DNA of 64,000 bases from Candidatus Marinacidobacterium sp. (GTDB taxonomy: Bacteria; Acidobacteriota; Vicinamibacteria; Marinacidobacterales; Marinacidobacteraceae), in contig OZ242011.1 in the NCBI GenBank assembly GCA_965204755.1, forward strand, positions 2,048,001 through 2,112,000. Direction: 5' to 3'. The notes below the pieces were generated by a model. It ran no database searches, was not told the DNA's origin, and worked only from the letters and a program-made list of their open reading frames with translations. A program made the translations under genes and the position numbers. Shown piece by piece: positions 37,583-47,000 of the stretch. Numbering within the stretch: the first letter of the stretch is position 1; the number at the start of each line of letters is the position of its first letter.

Positions 37583-40360
37583 ATGCGAATTACCCCCCCC
37601 CCCCCCCCCCACTTACGCGCGTCGCGCGCCGGCCGGGAGCGCCCGAGGCTGAAGGCGCCGGCGGCGTGCTTCCTCGCGTTCGCGGTCCTGTCCGTCGGTT
37701 GCAGTGACCAGGAGCCGGCCACCACTCCGGCGCCGGCCCCGGCGCCCGCGCCGGCCGAGCCCACGCTGGGCGCGCCGATGGACCTCCGGGTTTCGGCGAC
37801 CGGCGTGGACTTCATCGAGGTCTCCTGGAGCGCCGTCGAGGGGGCGACCGGCTACGAAGTCCAGTTGAGTCTTCTCGCCGCCGACTTCAGTTCGGTAACG
37901 GCGGCGAATGTCACCGGCACGACGCACCGGTTCACGGTGGCCGCGGAGACGACCGGCCATGTGCGCGTCCGGGCCACGAGCGCCGAGACCCGCAGTGATT
38001 GGAGCGAAGCGGTGTCGGGGACGACCCTCGCGGCGCCGCTGGTGCTCGCCGCGCCGATGCCGCGTGTCTCGGACACCGGGACGGACTTCATCGAGTGGAC
38101 CTGGGAAGCCGTGCCGGAGGCGCTGGCGTACGAAGTACAGGTGAGCGATTCGGAGGATTTCGCTTCGGCGGAGGTCGAGCGCGTAACCGGGACCGGCCAC
38201 CGCGCGGCGGTCGAGCCGTCCACGACGGCGCACCTGCGGGTTCGGGCGGTCGCCGGGACCTCCGCGGCGCCCATCGTCAGCGACTGGAGCGCCGCGGCGG
38301 AAGGAATGAGCGCCGCGGTCGAAGTCGCGTTCACCGTGAGCCTGCGGCCGCCGGCCGCGAAGGACGACCGGGCCTGCGGCGGCCAAGCGTTCTGCCCGGA
38401 CGAGGGGAGCGACCTCGAGACGGCGACCGCGGCGATGAACCCGCGGATGATCGTGACGAGTTCCACGCCGGCGGAAGTCCGCCCGCTCTTCGTCGAAGGC
38501 GCCGCCGCGATCACCGCATCCGCCGGGGGGAGTTCGCCGTTCGCGTTCATCCGCTGGCCGGCGCTGCAGAAGACCGTCGCGATGGAAGGCGTGTCGTTCG
38601 CGCTGCGGCGGGTTTCCATGGGCGCCGGCCAGGAGCCGACGCCGACCGGGAACACGCTCTACATCACCTGCGGCCCGTTCCGCTGTTCCGAGGCGGCCGA
38701 CGAGGCCCCGCCGGCCCCGCCGATCACGATCTCGGACTCCGCGGCCTGCTCCGGCTTCGAGGCGGACTTCACGCTGAACCCGGGCATGGCGCTGAACAAC
38801 AACCCCAACCAGGAGAACGGCCTGGACGCGGGTTGGACTTACACCTCGACCGCCCCGGGCACGGTGACGCATGTGTTCGAGGGGATCCCGGGCCCCGCCG
38901 GAGGCCCGTTCCGGGTGAAGGGCCCCTCCTTCCGGGCGGCTTCCACGCCGACCCCGCTGGACATGAGCCGGAACGACGCGACGGGCGTGAATGTCTTCGG
39001 CGGGACGATAGACAACGACTACGACAACATCGGCGGTTTCGGCGTGCAGAACCTGCAGGTAACGACCGCCGGCCCGATCCGCAACGGCGAGGACGACTGC
39101 TTCTTCGAGAGCGAGGCCGCCTTCGGCGACCACCGGCACTCGAGCGGGGGCTGGCACCCGAACGCCTGGCGGGCCGAATGGGGGAGTTACGACATCGTGG
39201 GCCGCGATGTCCGCAAGCCGGAGGAGTGCTTCCGCATCATCACCTACGACACCGAGGACTGTTCGGGCAACAACTGCCAGAACGACCATCCTTCCCGGAC
39301 CGACTACCTGCAGGGGTATTCGATCGAGGTGCAGCCGGAGGCGGCGGTCGCCTGGGCCGGCAGCGGCGTGGACTGGAGCAGGGTGGAGGGGTCGTTCGCC
39401 GAATTGGAATGCGAGGGCGTAACGATCTCCGCCTCTGACCAGGTGGACATGTGCGACCTGTTCGAGGAGGAAGTGGACCTCTGGTGGGGTCAGGGCCGGA
39501 TCGCCGACCTCGACGGCCGACCGGGGAGCGCCGAGTTCAGGGTGCGGCCGACGATCTTCTACGACCGGAGCGACGACGCCATTCCCGGCGACCGGGTCGT
39601 TGACCTCAGGGTGACGCGGAACCTGGGCCCGGGCGACGCCCTCCATTTTCGGGACGCCGATGCCGCCGACCCGAACCGCGGTATCCACCGTCCCCGGGGC
39701 AGCCGCTTCATGTCGCTCTGGCTCGCGGAATGGGGGCCGAGGCAGACGGGCGGCAACAACCTGGTGGAGGGGAATCACGCGACGGGGCGGGTGGGGATAG
39801 ACGGCACGCCGTGGGACACGAACCTCTATTACTCGTCGGGGCTCCACGCCTGGGAGCAGGAGGTTTACGGGCTCCAGTACGGGCACCGCCGCCGCCAGTG
39901 GCAGGCCTGGCCCGGCGGCCACACCAGGAATCCCTCCATTGCAGCCAACGACCCGGACCACGCTCGCTACTTGTTCCAGCGGGGAATCGTCGTCTTCCCG
40001 ATGCAGGACCACGACGCCCATCCGATCCACGGGGACTTCGGCAAGGTGGACATCAACGGGGACGGCAAGGCGGACAACATGGGCGACGGCGCCGACCGCA
40101 ACTGCTCGGACGACGACGGCCCCGGCTGCGATGTGGACGAACTCGCGCTCGACGGCGAAGCGACCTTCTCGCTCTACCGGAACTCCCGCGACCTGGCCTG
40201 CCATGTAACCCGGGAGGTCTCCATCGCGTGTTCGTGGGACGCTTCGGGGGACCGGAACCGCTCCGGCCGCAGCATCATCTGGGAGAACTACTTCGAAGCC
40301 AGGACGAGCGACGACCGCACCACCAACGCCGGCGACTTCATCACTTGCCGCGGAAACTGA
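37583..40360 (+). CDS. FN3-domain surface lipoprotein, copy 3 (in frame, putative phase-ON)
   Basis: RBS GAGGAG, ATG CGA ATT A then C18; continuous 925-aa ORF with lipobox LSVGC, two FN3 domains and a DINGDGKAD Ca-binding-like motif. Confidence 0.88.
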   Translation: MRITPPPPPHLRASRAGRERPRLKAPAACFLAFAVLSVGCSDQEPATTPAPAPAPAPAEPTLGAPMDLRVSATGVDFIEVSWSAVEGATGYEVQLSLLAADFSSVTAANVTGTTHRFTVAAETTGHVRVRATSAETRSDWSEAVSGTTLAAPLVLAAPMPRVSDTGTDFIEWTWEAVPEALAYEVQVSDSEDFASAEVERVTGTGHRAAVEPSTTAHLRVRAVAGTSAAPIVSDWSAAAEGMSAAVEVAFTVSLRPPAAKDDRACGGQAFCPDEGSDLETATAAMNPRMIVTSSTPAEVRPLFVEGAAAITASAGGSSPFAFIRWPALQKTVAMEGVSFALRRVSMGAGQEPTPTGNTLYITCGPFRCSEAADEAPPAPPITISDSAACSGFEADFTLNPGMALNNNPNQENGLDAGWTYTSTAPGTVTHVFEGIPGPAGGPFRVKGPSFRAASTPTPLDMSRNDATGVNVFGGTIDNDYDNIGGFGVQNLQVTTAGPIRNGEDDCFFESEAAFGDHRHSSGGWHPNAWRAEWGSYDIVGRDVRKPEECFRIITYDTEDCSGNNCQNDHPSRTDYLQGYSIEVQPEAAVAWAGSGVDWSRVEGSFAELECEGVTISASDQVDMCDLFEEEVDLWWGQGRIADLDGRPGSAEFRVRPTIFYDRSDDAIPGDRVVDLRVTRNLGPGDALHFRDADAADPNRGIHRPRGSRFMSLWLAEWGPRQTGGNNLVEGNHATGRVGIDGTPWDTNLYYSSGLHAWEQEVYGLQYGHRRRQWQAWPGGHTRNPSIAANDPDHARYLFQRGIVVFPMQDHDAHPIHGDFGKVDINGDGKADNMGDGADRNCSDDDGPGCDVDELALDGEATFSLYRNSRDLACHVTREVSIACSWDASGDRNRSGRSIIWENYFEARTSDDRTTNAGDFITCRGN
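37593..37610. repeat. Poly-C homopolymer (C18)
   Basis: ATGCGAATTA followed by 18 C. Confidence 0.9.
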
Positions 40361-40447
40361 CGACCCGGTAGCCGCGGAATCGGGTCCCCCGGGCCGCCCG
40401 GCTCGGGGGATCCCGCGCCTCCCCGGAGGGGCCCGGTGAAGTCCGAA

Positions 40448-41050
40448 CTATGTGACGGGGCGGCGGTTCGCCGGCGGGTGCGCGGTGTCCCCGGCGAGCA
40501 GCCGGAGCGCGTGCGGGATCGTCGGCCCGAGCGTCCGCAGCCCGCTGGCCACCGCCCGCGGGCTCCCCGGCAGGACGACGACCAGCGCCGCGCCGACCGT
40601 TCCGGCGAAACTCCGGGCCAGCACCGCCATCGGCGTCTCCGCGAGCCCCTCCGCCCGCAGTCGTTCGCCGTAGCCGGGGACTTCCCGGTCGAGCAGCGGC
40701 CGCACCGCTTCGGGCGTCCGGTCCCGGGGGCCGAGCCCGGTCCCCCCGGTGGTGAGCACCAGCCGCGCGCCGGCCTCGAGGAACCCCCGGACGCCCTCCC
40801 GGATCGCCTCGACTTCGTCCGGCGCCACCGTCGAGGCGATGACCTCGAACCCGGCCCCCGCCAGCCACTCGCGGGCGACCGCCCCCGACCGGTCCGGCAC
40901 GACCCCGGCGGCGCACCCGTCGCTCGCGGTCAACACCGCCGCCGGAATGCGCCCCCCGGCGGCTCCCTCCGGTCTCGCCGCGACGGCCGCCTTCGGCGCC
41001 GCCTCCGCCGGCGTCCCGCCGCCCGGAGATTCGTTCGACGATCCGTTCAC
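40448..41050 (-). CDS. MogA/MoaB family molybdenum cofactor biosynthesis protein
   Basis: LTASD....DRSG, LTTGGTGLGPRDRTPEA and LPGSPRAV. Confidence 0.9.
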   Translation of the reverse strand: MNGSSNESPGGGTPAEAAPKAAVAARPEGAAGGRIPAAVLTASDGCAAGVVPDRSGAVAREWLAGAGFEVIASTVAPDEVEAIREGVRGFLEAGARLVLTTGGTGLGPRDRTPEAVRPLLDREVPGYGERLRAEGLAETPMAVLARSFAGTVGAALVVVLPGSPRAVASGLRTLGPTIPHALRLLAGDTAHPPANRRPVT

Positions 41051-41104
41051 GGCGGGGGCGCGGGGGGGCTTGCGTCAGAATAGCCCGCTCCCCTCTTTCC
41101 CCCC

Positions 41105-42058
41105 ATGATGTTCCGGCCTCCCGGCGCCCTCCGCCGGCGCCGCCGGACGGCGTTCCTCCTCTGCTTCGCCGCCGGCGCCGCGGCCCTCGCCGGGGCGGTC
41201 GCCGCCGCCGCGCCGCTCCTCCGGCAGGCCTACCAGTTCCGCGTAACGGTGGACCTGATCTCGCTGAATGTGACGGTCACCGATTCCCGCGACCGGTTCA
41301 TCACCGACCTCCTCGAAGAGGACTTCTCGGTGTACGAAGACGGCATCCTCCAGGAGATCGAGGCGTTCTCCCGCGAAGACCTGCCCATCCGCATGGTGCT
41401 CCTGCTCGACACCTCCGCGAGCATGGTGGACAAGATGCACTTCGCGCAGGAAGCCGCGGTGCGGTTCACGAAGACGCTGCGGATGGAAGACCTCGCGCAG
41501 GTGGTCGAGTTCGGCAGCCACGCCAACATCCTGCAGCAGTTCACCGCGGACCAGCGGGAGTTGGAAGACGCCATCCGGCTGACGCAGGCCGGCGGCACCA
41601 CGAAACTCCACAACGCGATGTACATCTCGCTGCGCTCGCTGGAGCGGCGGCGCATGGAAGCGCGGCGGCAGGCGATCATCCTCCTCTCCGACGGCCGGGA
41701 CACGAGTTCCCTGGTTACCTTCGAGCAGGTGCTCGACCTGACCAAGGACACCGATGTGGTGGTGTACACGATTTCCCTGCAGAACACCGCCCGGCGCCGG
41801 GGCCGCCGGTTCTCCGAAGCGGAACATGTGCTCAAGAACCTCGCCGAGGAAACCGGCGGCCAATGGTTCTTCCCGGCGGCGCTCGAAGAGTTGGAATCGG
41901 TGTACGACCGCATCGCCGAGGAATTGAAGAGCCAGTACAATGTGGGTTACATCTCGAACAACCCGCGGCGCGACGGGACCTGGCGGCGGATCGTGGTGCA
42001 GACGAACCGCCCCGACCTGCGGGTTCGCGCCAAACTCGGCTACTACGCGCCGGGTTAG
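41105..42058 (+). CDS. VWA domain protein (Acidobacterial VWFA-related type)
   Basis: LNVTVTD, DF.VYEDG..QEI, MIDAS DTSAS, LLSDG.D, ETGG, QY.VGY and VRA..GYY. Confidence 0.9.
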   Translation: MMFRPPGALRRRRRTAFLLCFAAGAAALAGAVAAAAPLLRQAYQFRVTVDLISLNVTVTDSRDRFITDLLEEDFSVYEDGILQEIEAFSREDLPIRMVLLLDTSASMVDKMHFAQEAAVRFTKTLRMEDLAQVVEFGSHANILQQFTADQRELEDAIRLTQAGGTTKLHNAMYISLRSLERRRMEARRQAIILLSDGRDTSSLVTFEQVLDLTKDTDVVVYTISLQNTARRRGRRFSEAEHVLKNLAEETGGQWFFPAALEELESVYDRIAEELKSQYNVGYISNNPRRDGTWRRIVVQTNRPDLRVRAKLGYYAPG

Positions 42059-42105
42059 TCGGCGGTGGGTTTCCGTTCGCGCGCCTCCCTTCGTCGGCGG
42101 AAGTC

Positions 42106-43377
42106 GTGAGCGTCGGCGTGCTCGCCGCCGAGGAGCCGGCGGCGCTCGCCGCCCGCGCGCGGGCGGAAGCGGTCGAGGCGGAGCGCCTCCGTCCGGCGGC
42201 GCAGCGGAGCGCCGCCACGGCGGGGCGCCGCTGGCCGGAACCGGACGACGCCTACCGGACGGCCTACCAGCGGGACCGCGACCGCATCGTCCACTCCAGC
42301 GCGTTCCGCCGCCTCCAGTACAAGACGCAGGTCTTCATCAACAACGAGGGCGACCACTACCGCACCCGCCTGACCCATACTCTCGAAGTCGCCCAGATCG
42401 CCCGAACGACGGCCCGCGCGCTCGGCCTGAACGAAGACCTCACCGAAGCGGTCGCGCTCGCCCACGACCTGGGCCATACCCCCTTCGGCCACGCCGGGGA
42501 GGACGCGCTCGCCGAATTGATGAAGGACAGCGGGGGTTTCGAGCACAACCTGCAGTCCTACCGGATCGTCACCGAACTCGAACGCGCCTACCCGGACTTC
42601 CCCGGCCTGAACCTGACCCGCGAAGCCCGCCACGGCGTCTTCGCCCATTCCTCGAATCCCCGGGCGATTCCCGAGGAACTCGCCGGCTTCCGTTCGCCGC
42701 CGCTCGAAGCCCAGGTCGCCGACCTGGCGGACGAAATCGCCTACAGCGCCCACGACATGGAAGACGGCCTCGCCTCCGGCCTGCTGGAGATGGACGACCT
42801 GCGCGAGTCGGCGCTCTTCCGCCGCCACTGGCCCCGGGAGGCGTCCGGCCCGAATGCCCCCGACGCCGCCGACCGGAGGATCGCCGTGCGCCGCCTCCTG
42901 CGCGGCGTCATCGCCGACCTGGCCGGCGCCCTGATCCGCGAAACCGAAGCGCGTCTCCGCCGGTCGGGCATCGAAGACGACGGCGCTCTCCGACCCCACC
43001 GCGCCGTCCTCGCCGCCGAACCGCTCGTGGGACTCCCGACCGTCGAGGAAGAAGAACGCCTGGAACTCAAGGATGTCCTGCACCGGCGCCTCTACCGCCA
43101 TCCCCGCGTCGTGGCCGCCGCCGACGCCGGCACCCGGCTCCTCCCCGGACTCTTCCGCCGTTACCTCGCAGCGCCCGACGAGATGCCCGGACATTTCCGC
43201 CGCCGCATCGGCGAGTCCTCCCCGGAGCGCGTGGTCTGCGACTACATCGCCGGTATGACGGACCGGTTCGTCACCGTGGAACACCGCCGACTGTTCCCGG
43301 ACGCGCCGACCGACCGGGTTCCGACGCTCCCCCGCCGCCGGCGCGCGGTCGGCGGCGGACGGGAGGGCGCCCCGTGA
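42106..43377 (+). CDS. dgt: Deoxyguanosinetriphosphate triphosphohydrolase (HD domain)
   Basis: YQRDRDRIVHS.AFRRLQYKTQVF, RTRLTHTLEV, HDLGHTPFGHAGE and DYIAGMTD. Start approximate. Confidence 0.93.
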   Translation: MSVGVLAAEEPAALAARARAEAVEAERLRPAAQRSAATAGRRWPEPDDAYRTAYQRDRDRIVHSSAFRRLQYKTQVFINNEGDHYRTRLTHTLEVAQIARTTARALGLNEDLTEAVALAHDLGHTPFGHAGEDALAELMKDSGGFEHNLQSYRIVTELERAYPDFPGLNLTREARHGVFAHSSNPRAIPEELAGFRSPPLEAQVADLADEIAYSAHDMEDGLASGLLEMDDLRESALFRRHWPREASGPNAPDAADRRIAVRRLLRGVIADLAGALIRETEARLRRSGIEDDGALRPHRAVLAAEPLVGLPTVEEEERLELKDVLHRRLYRHPRVVAAADAGTRLLPGLFRRYLAAPDEMPGHFRRRIGESSPERVVCDYIAGMTDRFVTVEHRRLFPDAPTDRVPTLPRRRRAVGGGREGAP

Positions 43378-44438
43378 AGTCGGTGAACCGCGTCGTCGCG
43401 CTCCTGGAGTTGTTCTTCCGGGGCCGGGGGATCACCTACGAAACGATCCAGCGCGAGTTCGGCGTGACCCACCGCACCGCCCAGCGCTACATGAGCGATG
43501 TCCAGAAGATCTCCGGGCTGGGAGTCCGGGAAGGGCTTCTCGAAAACGGCCAGAAGATCTTCTTCCTCGGCCGGACCGACTGGCTGCGGGCGCTGCGCGC
43601 CCGTCCCCCGGAAAAGGAAGAGATGGCGGCCCTCGAACACGCGGTCGAACTCCTCGGCCAGCAGGGCGCCGACGACTACCGGGCCAGTCTCGAAGCCCTC
43701 CGCGCGAAACTCGACACCGCGATCGAACCCGAAGAGGCGGAACGCGTCGGCGCGGATGTGGAAGCGCTCTCCGCCGCCCGGGGCTTCGTCCGGGAGCCGG
43801 GCCCGACCCGCAAGGTTGCGACCCGGGTCCTCGACGACCTGCGCGAAGCGAACCTGCGGCTGGTGCAGGTGCGTTTCGCCTATACGAACCAGCGGGGCGA
43901 AACGCGCCTCCGGACGGTGAGCCCCTACGGCATCCTCTCCGGCCGCACCCCCAAACTCATCGCCAAGAAACGCGGCGTCGGCCACCTCCTCCAGTACCGG
44001 CTCGACCGCATCTCGAAACTCCAAGTCCTGGACAAACCGATCCCGGCGAACGCCGACCAGGTCAGCGAGCAGTTCCGCCAATATGTGGAGGACCTGTTCG
44101 GCTCGTACAGCGAAAAACCGGTCGAAGTCGAATGGCGCTTCCGCCCCGACGCGCCCAACCCGGAGGAATGGACCTTCCACCCGACCCAGAAGACCCGCAA
44201 ACTCGCCGACGGCGCCACCGTCGTCCGTTTCCGCGCCGGCGGACTCGAAGACATGGCCCGCCATGTCATCGGCTGGTGGGACTGGATCGAAGTCGTCAAA
44301 CCCAAGACCCTCCGCCGCGCGATCCTCCAGATGAAGTTGGCCGGCCTCGCCCCCCTCGTCGAGGAGTTCACCGACCGAACCCAGGCCCGCCGCATCCGAA
44401 CCCTCGCCTCCCGCTTCCCCCCCCGCGGCGAAACCTGA
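43374..44438 (+). CDS. WYL-domain (HTH-WYL-WCX) transcriptional regulator
   Basis: GTGA overlap with dgt; HTH EFGVTHRTAQRYM; WYL region R.VSPYGIL...YRLDRI; WCX region FHPTQ...IEVVKP..LR. Confidence 0.85.
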   Translation: MKSVNRVVALLELFFRGRGITYETIQREFGVTHRTAQRYMSDVQKISGLGVREGLLENGQKIFFLGRTDWLRALRARPPEKEEMAALEHAVELLGQQGADDYRASLEALRAKLDTAIEPEEAERVGADVEALSAARGFVREPGPTRKVATRVLDDLREANLRLVQVRFAYTNQRGETRLRTVSPYGILSGRTPKLIAKKRGVGHLLQYRLDRISKLQVLDKPIPANADQVSEQFRQYVEDLFGSYSEKPVEVEWRFRPDAPNPEEWTFHPTQKTRKLADGATVVRFRAGGLEDMARHVIGWWDWIEVVKPKTLRRAILQMKLAGLAPLVEEFTDRTQARRIRTLASRFPPRGET

Positions 44439-44475
44439 CCTCCCGCCCCGTCCCACCCCACCCCGCCGCGCCGGG

Positions 44476-45243
44476 TCAGCGGTTCGGGCGGTTGACCATC
44501 GGGACGAAGGCCACCGCGCCGTGTTCCTCGATCACGACTTCGCCGTCCTCGTTGCGGTAGGCGAGCAGCAACTCCTGGATCTCGGACGCGCCGCCCACCG
44601 GGGCGATGAGGCGGCCGCCGGGGGCCAACTGTTCGAGGAGCGCCGGGGGGATCTCCGGCGGGGCGGCGGTGACGATCACCCGGTCGAACGGCGCCTCCTC
44701 CGGCCAGCCCAGGTAGCCGTTCCCCACCCGGAGCCGGATGTCGTCGTAGCCGGCGGAGCGGAGCGCCTCCTCGGCCCTCGCGGCGAGGCCCGGCAGCAAC
44801 TCGATGGAATAGACCTCGGCGCCGGTCTCGGCGAGCACCGCCGCCTGGTAGCCGGAGCCGGTGCCGATCTCCAGCACCCGGTCGCCGGGGCGGATGTCCA
44901 GGAGCGCGGTCATCAGCGCCACCACATAGGGCTGCGAGATCGTCTGGTCTTCCCCGATGGGGAGCGGGCGGTCCTCGTAGGCCCGGCTGCGGAGGGCCTC
45001 CGGGACGAAGAGGTGGCGCGGCGTCCGCCGCATCGCGTCCAGCACCGCCGGGTTCCGGAGGCCGCGCGACTCGATGTGGTTCCGCACCAGCCGGAGCCGC
45101 GCCGCGCGGTACTCGTCGCCCATCCCCGGATTCTGCCCGCCGCCGGAAGAGCAGGCGGCGAGAGCGGCGCATGCAGTGAGCGCCCCCCGGAGGAGCCGAC
45201 CTCCGCGGGGGGCGGAACGGCTGCCGATGGCCGTCTTCGTCAT
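44476..45243 (-). CDS. pcm: Protein-L-isoaspartate O-methyltransferase
   Basis: PRHLFVP, AYED.PLPIG..QTISQPY, VLEIGTGSGYQAA and GWPEEAPFD. Start uncertain. Confidence 0.93.
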   Translation of the reverse strand: MTKTAIGSRSAPRGGRLLRGALTACAALAACSSGGGQNPGMGDEYRAARLRLVRNHIESRGLRNPAVLDAMRRTPRHLFVPEALRSRAYEDRPLPIGEDQTISQPYVVALMTALLDIRPGDRVLEIGTGSGYQAAVLAETGAEVYSIELLPGLAARAEEALRSAGYDDIRLRVGNGYLGWPEEAPFDRVIVTAAPPEIPPALLEQLAPGGRLIAPVGGASEIQELLLAYRNEDGEVVIEEHGAVAFVPMVNRPNR

Positions 45244-45298
45244 CGCTCGGTGCCGCCTCTCCCGCCCCCTCGCCGGGGCGGCACCGGAGAATAGCCGG

Positions 45299-46144
45299 GT
45301 GCGCCCGCCCCGGACCCGCCCCCGCCGCCTGCTCCGGGCGGCGGCGCCGCCCCTGCTCGCCGCCGCCTGCGGCGCGCCGGCGCCCGCTCCCCGCGATGCC
45401 TCCGAACCCGGCCTCGTTCCCGAAGGCGGCGGCGTCCCGGCCTTCCGCCTGGACGCCACCGAAGTCACCCACGCCGACTTCGCCGCGTTCGTCGAACGGA
45501 CCGGCCACCGCACCGACGCCGAGGAGTTCGGCTGGTCGCTGGTCTTCCACCCTCCGGGCGCGGAACCGAAGGGCGCGGAGCGGGTTCCCGGCGCGCCCTG
45601 GTGGGTGCGTGTCGAAGGCGCGGACTGGCGGGCCCCCCGCGGCCCCTCCGGCGACCCCCCGTCGCCGGCCCACCCGGTCACCCAGGTGAGTTGGAACGAC
45701 GCCGCCGCCTACTGCGAAGCCGCCGGCGGCCGGCTCCCGACCGCCGAAGAGTGGGAGCGCGCCGCCCGCGGCGGCCGCGACGGCGCTGCCCGCTTCGTCT
45801 GGGGCGACCGGGACCCGTTCTCCGGCGGCCCGCCCCCGGCGAACCTCTGGGACGGGCGGTTCCCGCACCCGCCGGCCGGCGGCGCGGACGCGCGCCCCGG
45901 GGACGGCTACGCCGGGATCGCCCCGGTCGGCGAGTTCCCCGCGAACGCCTACGGCCTCCACGACCTGGCCGGGAATGTCTGGGAGTGGATCGCCGGCGGC
46001 GGCCCCGGGAACCGCGGCCTCCGGGGCGGCTCGTTCCTCTGCGCCGAGAACTCCTGCCGAGGCTACCGGCTCGACTGGACGAACCGCGCTTCCGCCGATT
46101 CCGCCTGGGACCACGCCGGATTCCGCTGCCGTTTCGCGCCCTGA
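45299..46144 (+). CDS. Formylglycine-generating enzyme (SUMF1/FGE-sulfatase) family protein
   Basis: EVT..DF..FV..TG, HPVTQVSWNDA.AYC, RLPTAEEWE.AARGG, NAYGLHDLAGNVWEW, RGGSFLC....C and GFRC. Confidence 0.9.
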   Translation: MRPPRTRPRRLLRAAAPPLLAAACGAPAPAPRDASEPGLVPEGGGVPAFRLDATEVTHADFAAFVERTGHRTDAEEFGWSLVFHPPGAEPKGAERVPGAPWWVRVEGADWRAPRGPSGDPPSPAHPVTQVSWNDAAAYCEAAGGRLPTAEEWERAARGGRDGAARFVWGDRDPFSGGPPPANLWDGRFPHPPAGGADARPGDGYAGIAPVGEFPANAYGLHDLAGNVWEWIAGGGPGNRGLRGGSFLCAENSCRGYRLDWTNRASADSAWDHAGFRCRFAP

Positions 46145-46180
46145 GAGCGCGCCCCGGCCGCTGGTACACTCGCGCTCCCC

Positions 46181-46987
46181 ATGCCGTCGGTCGCCGGAGT
46201 CCTCCCCCAGCAGCAGCGGTTCGGCGCCACCCGCCGGCGCGACCGTTGGTGGGTCGTCCCGCTGGTCACTTTCCTGGCGCTCGGCGGGTTCGTCGTCTAT
46301 TCGACCTGGGCCGCGTTCCAGAACGCGCACTACGAACTCGGCAACTACCTCTCGCCGATGTATTCCCCGGTGCTGTTCGGGGATTCCCACCACTCCTGGT
46401 TCGGCCCGAAGCCGTCCTTCTGGCCGGCGTTCCTGCCGTTCTCGCCGGCGTTCCTCATCCTCGGCGCTCCCGCCGGCTTCCGGCTCACCTGTTACTACTA
46501 CCGCGGGTCCTACTACAAGGCGTTCTGGGCGAGCCCGGCGTCGTGCACCGTCGGCAAACCCTGGCGGACCTACCGGGGCGAGCATTCGTTCCCGCTCGTC
46601 CTCCAGAACATCCACCGCTACTTCCTCTACCTGGCGATGATCTTCATCGTCATCCTGGGTTGGGACGCCTGGAAGGCGATGTGGTTCCTGAACCCGGCCG
46701 GCGGCGTCGAGGAGTTCGGCATCGGCGTCGGCACGCTGGTGCTCACGATCAATGTGGTGCTGCTCGGCGGCTACACCTTCGGCTGCCATTCCTTCCGCCA
46801 CCTCGCCGGCGGAGCGCTCGACCGCCTCTCCGGCCGGCCGGTGCGCGCCTGCGCCTACGAATGTTCGACCTGGCTGAACCTGCGCCACATGAACTTCGCC
46901 TGGTGCAGCCTGTTCTGGGTGGCCTTCTCCGATGTCTATGTTCGCCTGTGCTCCATGGGCGTCTGGACGGATTACCGCATCCTCTAG
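46181..46987 (+). CDS. Succinate dehydrogenase membrane anchor subunit (actinobacterial Sdh1-like)
   Basis: FRLTCYYYRGSYY, QNIHRYF and YTFGCHSFRH; directly upstream of the flavoprotein gene. Confidence 0.82.
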   Translation: MPSVAGVLPQQQRFGATRRRDRWWVVPLVTFLALGGFVVYSTWAAFQNAHYELGNYLSPMYSPVLFGDSHHSWFGPKPSFWPAFLPFSPAFLILGAPAGFRLTCYYYRGSYYKAFWASPASCTVGKPWRTYRGEHSFPLVLQNIHRYFLYLAMIFIVILGWDAWKAMWFLNPAGGVEEFGIGVGTLVLTINVVLLGGYTFGCHSFRHLAGGALDRLSGRPVRACAYECSTWLNLRHMNFAWCSLFWVAFSDVYVRLCSMGVWTDYRIL

Positions 46988-47000
46988 TCCACTGAACTCG

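Noticed and set aside
31651-40360. Diversity-generating retroelement acting on the lipoprotein C-termini
   Set aside because: No reverse transcriptase or non-coding template repeat in the window; differences include indels and all base types rather than adenine-only changes.
45299-46144. FGE/C-type-lectin fold protein as a DGR target
   Set aside because: No second copy of its 3' end and no RT nearby; it retains the ordinary FGE Cys motif.
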